Shown one piece after another: positions 58,189 to 64,000 of a DNA stretch of 64,000 bases. The stretch is from NCBI GenBank assembly GCA_964397485.1, contig CAYNHT010000002.1:158061-222060 (forward strand), written 5' to 3'. The DNA comes from an uncultured Muribaculaceae bacterium (GTDB taxonomy: Bacteria; Bacillota_I; Bacilli_A; RF39; UBA660). Position 1 is the first letter of the stretch. Every line of letters begins with the position of its first letter. The position numbers and the translations under genes were made by a program. The notes beneath the pieces were generated by a model that did not search any database, had not been told where the DNA came from, and worked only from the letters and a program-made list of their open reading frames with translations.

Positions 58189-60801
58189 ATGAAAAATTAT
58201 GAAATAGGGTTAACGGAAAAGCAAGTTCTCGATTCTCGAACTAAGTATGGTAGTAATGAAATAAGTACAAAAAAGCAAAACAGCTTTATCAAATTATTTA
58301 TTGAAAGTTTAGGCGAGCCGATGACAAAAATATTAATAATCGCCTTAGCTGTTAAGACTTTATTTTTATTAAGTAACTTTGATTGGTATGAAACAGTCGG
58401 AATAGCAATTGCTATTTTTGTGGCATCTTTCATATCTACCATATCAGAATATGGTAGTGAAGCCTCCTTTAAAAAACTACAAGAAGAGGCTGCAAAGATA
58501 AAGTGTCGGGTGTATCGTAATGCTGGTGTTAAGGAAATAAAAATAGGTGAAGTTGTAAAAAATGATATCATTTTATTACAAGCAGGAGATAAAGTTCCAG
58601 CAGATGGGATTGTAATATCTGATAGTGTCCATGTTGATGAATCAGCTTTAAATGGTGAATCTAAAGAAGTTTTGAAGGATATACACAATAACAAATTGTT
58701 AAGAGGTAGTATTATTTGTTATGGTGAGTGTAGAATGCTTGTTACTGCAGTTGGAGATGAGACTCTATATGGTCAAATTGGTTTAGAATTACAGGAAGAA
58801 CAAAGGGAAAGTCCATTAAAACTTCGTCTTAGACAACTAGCTAAATGGATAAGTAAGCTAGGGTATATAGGAGCATTTTTAGTTGCTTTTTCTTATTTGA
58901 TTCATATAGTAATTATAAAAAATAACTTTGATTATGTGAAAATATCAGAAATGATTAACAATGTACCAATTATACTCGGTTATTGCTTGCATGCTGTAAC
59001 TTTGGCCGTTACTGTTATAGTAGTTGCTGTTCCAGAGGGTCTTCCGATGATGATTACTTTAGTTTTGTCTATGAATATGAAAAGAATGCTAAAAGATAAC
59101 ATCTTAGTTAGAAAACTCCTTGGAATAGAAACATCAGGGAGCATAAATATTTTATTTACCGATAAAACAGGTACATTAACAAAAGGAAAATTACAGGTAG
59201 TCAATTTTATAAATGGTGGAAATATTGAAATGACGCCATCAGAATTATCTAAAAGAGAAAAACTACTAAATTTATTAAATGTATCTTTAAAATATAATAA
59301 TGCATCAGTAATAAGTGAAAATGGTTCATATGCAATTGGGGGTAATGCGACTGATCGAGCACTTTTAGAATATATTACTAGTTATCAAATTAATAATTTC
59401 AATGTGAAGAAAGAAAAAGTTATTCCTTTTGATAGTAAAAATAAAATAGCAATTACTAAAATAAGTGGCGAATATAATTTTTATTTAGTAAAGGGGATAC
59501 CAGAAAAAATTATAGCTGCATCGAATTATTATTTTGATGAAACAGGCTCAAGAAAAGTTTTAGTTGATAAACAAAAAATTTATAAAAAGATGGAAACTAT
59601 GTCATCAAAAAGTATAAGGTTTATTGCAGTAGCAATATCAAATGTTCCAATAAATGAAGATTTGCGATTGAATAATTTAACATTAGTTGGATTATTAGGT
59701 ATAAGAGATGAAATTAGACCTGGGGTTAAAGAAACTTTAGCTAGAGTGGAATCTGCCGGGGTTCATGTAGTTATGATGACTGGGGATGCTAAAAATACAG
59801 CTGTTGCTATAGCTAGAGAAGTGGGGCTTTTGAATGAAGGTGATTTGACATTGACCTCAGATGAGATTGCAAACTTATCTGATCGTAGTTTAAAAGAGAT
59901 GATACCTAGGTTGAAAGTGATATCGCGCGCATTACCTAGTGATAAGAGTAGATTAGTACGAATATGTCAGGAATTAGATTTGGTTGTTGGAATGACTGGA
60001 GATGGTGTTAATGATGCTCCGGCTATAAAGAAGGCTGATGTTGGATTTGCAATGGGTAGTGGAACAGAAGTTGCTAAAGAAGCGGCTGACATTGTTATAT
60101 TAGATGATAATTTTCTTTCAATTTCTAAAGCCATATTGTATGGACGTACAATTTTTAAAAATATTAGAAAATTTATCATTCTACAATTGACTGTTAATAT
60201 GTGTGCCGTTGGGTTATCAATAATCGGACCATTTATCGGAATTGATAATCCAATAACGATTATTCAAATGTTATGGATTAATATGATAATGGATACACTA
60301 GCAGCCCTAGCTTTTGCGGGAGAACCAGCTTTAGAAGAATATATGAGGGAAAAACCTAAAAAAAGAGATGAAGCTATTGTTAACCAATATATGAAAGGTC
60401 AAATTCTCTTCACTGGTATATATTCTCTACTTCTTTGTTTACTGTTTTTAAAAATTCCATTCTTAAAGAACTTTTTTTCACCTGATGGGGACGAATTATA
60501 TCTAATGACAGCATTCTTTGCCTTATTTATTTTTGTAGGAGTATTTAACTGTTTTAACGCCCGTACGCATCGATTAAACTTGCTAGCTAATATATTTAAG
60601 AATAAAGGGTTTATTGTAATAATGGCACTTGTTTCTTTCATTCAAATATATATAATTTATTTTGGAGGTGAGTTGTTTAGAGTTGTTGGGCTCAATTTAA
60701 TAGGTTTTAGTTGGATTATAGTATTGTCATTTACGGTAATTCCTGTTGACTGGATTAGAAAATTATATTTAAGATATCATAAGGAAAAAGGTGGGGTTTA
60801 A
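58189..60801 (+). CDS. Cation-translocating P-type ATPase, Ca2+-type (P2A, YloB-like)
   Basis: 870 aa with PEGLP, DKTGTLT and TGDGVNDAPA motifs and a 10-TM layout. Confidence 0.9.
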   Translation: MKNYEIGLTEKQVLDSRTKYGSNEISTKKQNSFIKLFIESLGEPMTKILIIALAVKTLFLLSNFDWYETVGIAIAIFVASFISTISEYGSEASFKKLQEEAAKIKCRVYRNAGVKEIKIGEVVKNDIILLQAGDKVPADGIVISDSVHVDESALNGESKEVLKDIHNNKLLRGSIICYGECRMLVTAVGDETLYGQIGLELQEEQRESPLKLRLRQLAKWISKLGYIGAFLVAFSYLIHIVIIKNNFDYVKISEMINNVPIILGYCLHAVTLAVTVIVVAVPEGLPMMITLVLSMNMKRMLKDNILVRKLLGIETSGSINILFTDKTGTLTKGKLQVVNFINGGNIEMTPSELSKREKLLNLLNVSLKYNNASVISENGSYAIGGNATDRALLEYITSYQINNFNVKKEKVIPFDSKNKIAITKISGEYNFYLVKGIPEKIIAASNYYFDETGSRKVLVDKQKIYKKMETMSSKSIRFIAVAISNVPINEDLRLNNLTLVGLLGIRDEIRPGVKETLARVESAGVHVVMMTGDAKNTAVAIAREVGLLNEGDLTLTSDEIANLSDRSLKEMIPRLKVISRALPSDKSRLVRICQELDLVVGMTGDGVNDAPAIKKADVGFAMGSGTEVAKEAADIVILDDNFLSISKAILYGRTIFKNIRKFIILQLTVNMCAVGLSIIGPFIGIDNPITIIQMLWINMIMDTLAALAFAGEPALEEYMREKPKKRDEAIVNQYMKGQILFTGIYSLLLCLLFLKIPFLKNFFSPDGDELYLMTAFFALFIFVGVFNCFNARTHRLNLLANIFKNKGFIVIMALVSFIQIYIIYFGGELFRVVGLNLIGFSWIIVLSFTVIPVDWIRKLYLRYHKEKGGV

Positions 60802-60872
60802 AGACTTTATTATATGTTTAAAATATGATATAATTAAATTATGATAATATTTAAGAATAAGGAGGTAATAAA

Positions 60873-61238
60873 ATGCGTTTGTTTAAATGTGAAATATGCG
60901 GAAATATTGTTGAATTAATAAATGATGGGGGAGGAACTTTGGTTTGTTGTGGACAAGAAATGGCCGAGTTAAAAATTAACACCGAGGAAACAACTTTTGA
61001 AAAGCACATTCCTATTGTTACAAAAGAAGGTGATATGATTAAGGTAGATGTTGGATCTATTGCTCATCCAATGATTGAAAACCATTACATTGAATGGATT
61101 GCTTTGGTTGAAAAAAATAGGATTCAAAAAGTATTACTTAATCCCAATGATAAACCGACAGCAACTTTTGAAACTGACAATAATGAATATGAAGTTTATG
61201 CTTATTGTAATATTCACGGGTTTTATAAAGCTAAATAA
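60873..61238 (+). CDS. dfx: Desulfoferrodoxin (class I superoxide reductase)
   Basis: N-terminal desulforedoxin-like CEICGN...CCGQEM plus a C-terminal SOR centre (HPMIENHYIEWI...CNIHG). Confidence 0.9.
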   Translation: MRLFKCEICGNIVELINDGGGTLVCCGQEMAELKINTEETTFEKHIPIVTKEGDMIKVDVGSIAHPMIENHYIEWIALVEKNRIQKVLLNPNDKPTATFETDNNEYEVYAYCNIHGFYKAK

Positions 61239-61268
61239 AAATACTAACTATTGTTAGTATTTTTTTTA
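61237..61268. terminator. Bidirectional terminator
   Basis: 12-bp perfect stem aaaaatactaac/gttagtattttt, loop tatt. It overlaps the dfx stop and the 3' end of the convergent small gene. Confidence 0.75.
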
Positions 61269-61522
61269 ATATCTATAATAAGTGCTGTTATAAGCATAGT
61301 CAAAAATATTTCAACCCATATTATAGTAGATATTACATAGGATACTTTTTTAAAACCTTCACTACCACTACATATGTCAATGATAGATTTTGTGCCAAGA
61401 ATAACAGCTAATATTATAGGTATGTATTTAGTAAATCTATGTTTATATGATTTTGCTAACCCATAAGTTATTATTACTGACACAAAAGCGGTTACAAATA
61501 CTCCTATAAGGATTTCTATCAC
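61244..61522 (-). CDS. Small membrane protein (3 TM), unknown function
   Basis: 92-aa hydrophobic ORF, translationally coupled (4-nt overlap) to the upstream 95-aa ORF. Confidence 0.5.
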   Translation of the reverse strand: MIEILIGVFVTAFVSVIITYGLAKSYKHRFTKYIPIILAVILGTKSIIDICSGSEGFKKVSYVISTIIWVEIFLTMLITALIIDIKKNTNNS

Positions 61523-61806
61523 TTTTTATTTTCTTTAATTTTAAGTATAATCAAAGTTGTAGATAGTGTTATTATTGCTGCTAAAAAAATTATCATCGAC
61601 ATAATATAATAACCTAAATCTTCCATCGCGTAAGAAAAAAAACGGCCTTTAATGAATAAAATAATACTTAAAACAAAGACTAATAAACTTGGTATTATTG
61701 CTACAATCTTAGTCTTTTTAAATATCTTCATAAGAATCATACTGATGATGATTATTATAGCAATTGCTAGTAAAACTAAACCCCAAAAGCGCCACATCTC
61801 ACTCAT
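61519..61806 (-). CDS. Small membrane protein (3 TM), unknown function
   Basis: 95-aa hydrophobic ORF with SD aaggaggt upstream on the minus strand. Confidence 0.55.
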   Translation of the reverse strand: MSEMWRFWGLVLLAIAIIIIISMILMKIFKKTKIVAIIPSLLVFVLSIILFIKGRFFSYAMEDLGYYIMSMIIFLAAIITLSTTLIILKIKENKK

Positions 61807-61977
61807 ATTTTACCTCCTTATTATTGTAGTTATCTATCTTAGGTAAAGTATATCATACGCGATTACAAATGTCTACTTCTACATAAATTGTTTGTTAAAA
61901 CTTATATTATATATAAAGATTGAATTTTGTTAAAATTTGGTGTAAAATAGGGATATGATTAAAAAGGATGGTGTAAA

Positions 61978-62808
61978 GTGGAATACGTTTTAAAAAATAC
62001 CGTTGATGGTAATAGAATAACGGTTAAGGATGTCCAAGATGTATTACTTAAGATGATGAAAGATATAGATGAACTTTGTAAAAAAAATAATATAGAGTAT
62101 ATGTTGACAAGTGGAACAACATTAGGAGCTATTAGGCATAAAGGATTTATTCCATGGGATGATGATTTAGATATAGCTATGATGCGTGATCAATATAATA
62201 AGTTCATTAAAGTATTAGAAGAGCAACTTTCTGATGAATACGTTTTCCATTGTTTTGAGAAAAATAAAAAATATGATGTAACATGGCCGGCTATGAAAAT
62301 CCGCAAAAAAGGTACTTATGTTAAAGAAGCAAATACACTGTTGTTCAACAAATGTACTGATTGCGACGGGATATTTATAGATATTTTTATATATGACTAT
62401 ATGTCTAATAGCACAATTATAGATTTACCATTTCGTCTATTCAATACATTATTAATGCCGGTAATAATATTTTTTGAAAATTTAAGAATTAATCCAGTAA
62501 TTTTAAAAAAATTATTTAAAGGAAATGCTGTATTGTACGGTAAATTAAATCGTAGATCCAAATACATAGGTGATGAACTTACTTGGACTTATCGTAACCC
62601 TTTACATCCTTATAAATATAAATATGATCATATTTTTCCTATTAAGCATGTAAAATTCGAATCTCTTATGTTGCCTGTACAAAATAATACACACGAGTAT
62701 TTGATAAATCATTTTGGGGAAACTTATATGACACCACCACCAGAAAATAAAAGAATGCCTAAACATATAGTTGATATAAGTTTAAATTCTGATAAACCAG
62801 AGAAATAG
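61978..62808 (+). CDS. LicD-family phosphotransferase (phosphocholine/polyol-phosphate transfer)
   Basis: GTTLGAIRHKGFIPWDDDLDIAMMRDQY, typical of LicD; GTG start after SD aaaggatgg. Confidence 0.85.
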   Translation: MEYVLKNTVDGNRITVKDVQDVLLKMMKDIDELCKKNNIEYMLTSGTTLGAIRHKGFIPWDDDLDIAMMRDQYNKFIKVLEEQLSDEYVFHCFEKNKKYDVTWPAMKIRKKGTYVKEANTLLFNKCTDCDGIFIDIFIYDYMSNSTIIDLPFRLFNTLLMPVIIFFENLRINPVILKKLFKGNAVLYGKLNRRSKYIGDELTWTYRNPLHPYKYKYDHIFPIKHVKFESLMLPVQNNTHEYLINHFGETYMTPPPENKRMPKHIVDISLNSDKPEK

Positions 62809-62818
62809 AGGAATGAAA

Positions 62819-62980
62819 ATGAGAAACAAAAAATTATCCATTGTATATTTTATTTTAGGAATAGTGATGATTGTAACAGGATTATTATTATGGAAAGAAA
62901 GCAGCTTTATTATTGGTGGACTAGGTATTGTTTTAATAGGAATTTCCTTGATGCTTTATTTCAATCAAACTAATATTTAA
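62819..62980 (+). CDS. Small two-TM membrane protein (53 aa), not in ORF track
   Basis: Hand translation gives MRNKKLSIVYFILGIVMIVTGLLLWKESSFIIGGLGIVLIGISLMLYFNQTNI. SD agagga lies 7 nt upstream and a terminator follows. Confidence 0.45.
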   Translation: MRNKKLSIVYFILGIVMIVTGLLLWKESSFIIGGLGIVLIGISLMLYFNQTNI

Positions 62981-62985
62981 ATACT

Positions 62986-63012
62986 AAAAATACACAGATA
63001 CTGTGTATTTTT
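62986..63012. terminator. Bidirectional terminator
   Basis: 12-bp perfect stem aaaaatacacag/ctgtgtattttt, loop ata. Confidence 0.8.
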
Positions 63013-63905
63013 TAATTTATGTGATATGTATTTTCGCATGCTACTTCTTTAGCGGTATCACTATAAATTAATTTATTATTTCTGTATAATGATATTTTCA
63101 AATCTGAATTTAAGCTCTCACTTATTATTCTGGTCATATTACCGTATTTTACTGGCGCTACTAACTTATATTCATCCTTATAATCCACTTCTACTTTCAA
63201 AGTTAAATCCCTCTTAGATATTTCTATCACGACATTATTTTTATTAGAAGTTATTACTTTCGTTTTGAAACCATTATAAGTTGCAAAACGCAATTCTTCA
63301 CCATCTATTTTTAAAATGGCGAAAAACCCATCTACATTAGCAAACAAATTGGCATACGCCATTACAAAAGATGTGTTGTTATTAGAAAAATTGTTTGATT
63401 CAATCCATATCCATTTATTAGGAAATCTGCTGCCCCAATTTTTTTCCATATATGCGCTACCACTAAAGTCTTCTTGATTTATTGTTCCCGTTATTAAAGA
63501 GTCTAAGAAAATTATTTCTATATGAGTAGGGATAGGTAAATATTTAATTAAACCCATCGCACCAGGTGTTAGCAAATTATTTTCCAAAACATTCAAACCA
63601 CTTATTGATAAATCTATATCAAAGGGACCTTCATTAATAACCACTTGCGTTGGACTTAAAATGTTATCTTTGATTTTTATCGAATCGTTATTATAGTAAA
63701 AATCATTAATATCAAATCTAAAATAAAACGGTTCCTTAACGTTTTTATCAATTATTTGAATAAATGCATGTTTGTCTTTTTCGTATAAAGATATCCCAAA
63801 TATAAAAGCATACGCAATCTTTTTTTCATTATCAAGAAGATGTATATACCACCCTTCAAAATAATTACTTTTTTTATTGACTCCATTAAAACTAAAAGAA
63901 TTCAT
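63012..63905 (-). CDS. Tocopherol-cyclase-like family protein
   Basis: 297 aa. The N-terminal ...KKSNYFEGWYIHL... resembles the FEGWYF motif of the tocopherol cyclase family (from memory), and the remainder is beta-rich. Confidence 0.4.
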   Translation of the reverse strand: MNSFSFNGVNKKSNYFEGWYIHLLDNEKKIAYAFIFGISLYEKDKHAFIQIIDKNVKEPFYFRFDINDFYYNNDSIKIKDNILSPTQVVINEGPFDIDLSISGLNVLENNLLTPGAMGLIKYLPIPTHIEIIFLDSLITGTINQEDFSGSAYMEKNWGSRFPNKWIWIESNNFSNNNTSFVMAYANLFANVDGFFAILKIDGEELRFATYNGFKTKVITSNKNNVVIEISKRDLTLKVEVDYKDEYKLVAPVKYGNMTRIISESLNSDLKISLYRNNKLIYSDTAKEVACENTYHIN

Positions 63906-64000
63906 ATTATCACCCGTTGTTATTATGGTACCGAAATTAAAATTTATAACTTAAAAGTTTGCATAATTATAGGAATATGACAAAAACTATATAGGATAGG

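Noticed and set aside
58197-61846. Antisense or alternative-frame ORFs in the P-ATPase (58197-58694, 58980-59204, 59967-60179, 60399-60641), in dfx (61075-61257), and opposite the small membrane genes (61652-61846).
   Set aside because: They overlap genes that have diagnostic motifs and show no independent translation signals.
1-64000. Mollicutes-type genetic code (UGA = Trp), suggested by the very low GC content and the missing rpmD.
   Set aside because: TGA terminates conserved genes at their expected C-termini (for example map at 9386-9388 and truA at 18612-18614). Trp positions in conserved proteins are encoded by TGG, and no conserved gene needs TGA read-through.

Overview
This is a visibly AT-rich chromosomal window from a low-GC Bacillota genome; GC content was not computed. 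Gene order is Bacilli/Erysipelotrichia-like and the standard genetic code applies. Desulfoferrodoxin, cwlD, a cwlJ-like gene and YjcZ-like ORFs suggest an anaerobic endospore-former.

- **1-11.9 kb:** the end of the S10 operon plus complete spc and alpha ribosomal operons (rplB to rplQ, including secY-adk-map-infA-rpmJ). There is no rpmD and no rpsD.
- **11.9-15.4 kb:** a three-gene insertion (SDR, stand-alone GlmU-C-like acetyltransferase, prepilin-leader::GH18 protein) separates rplQ from the conserved ecfA1-ecfA2-ecfT-truA and rplM-rpsI units. These continue, as in Bacillus, into a methyltransferase, an RluA-type synthase and cwlD.
- **22-30 kb:** an Abi_2 gene placed directly upstream of htrA, a leaderless amidase with six LysM modules, a cwlJ-like gene, tRNA-Trp, an RluF-like synthase and three tandem UPF0316 paralogs.
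- **30-38.8 kb:** a lactococcin-972-type cassette (small secreted protein, 7TM/FtsX-like protein, ABC ATPase), a LytTR plus LiaF-like membrane protein pair, and a marR-MATE-HD operon.
- **38.9-52.3 kb:** a surface-protein region. A dockerin-bearing S8 protease is translationally coupled to a membrane-anchored cohesin protein. A 1373-aa prepilin-leader protein is built from four exact 927-nt GLUG-type units.
- **52.8-64 kb:** a YyaL-like protein, an orphan 688-aa LRR-like protein, an HD protein, a Ca-type P-ATPase, desulfoferrodoxin and LicD.

Three 29-44 aa YjcZ-like ORFs missing from the ORF track were found by eye. No rRNA, CRISPR array, transposase or integrase was seen.

The most interesting items are the two prepilin-leader 'modular pilin' cargo proteins and the cohesin-dockerin protease pair, which share a ~309-aa GLUG module.
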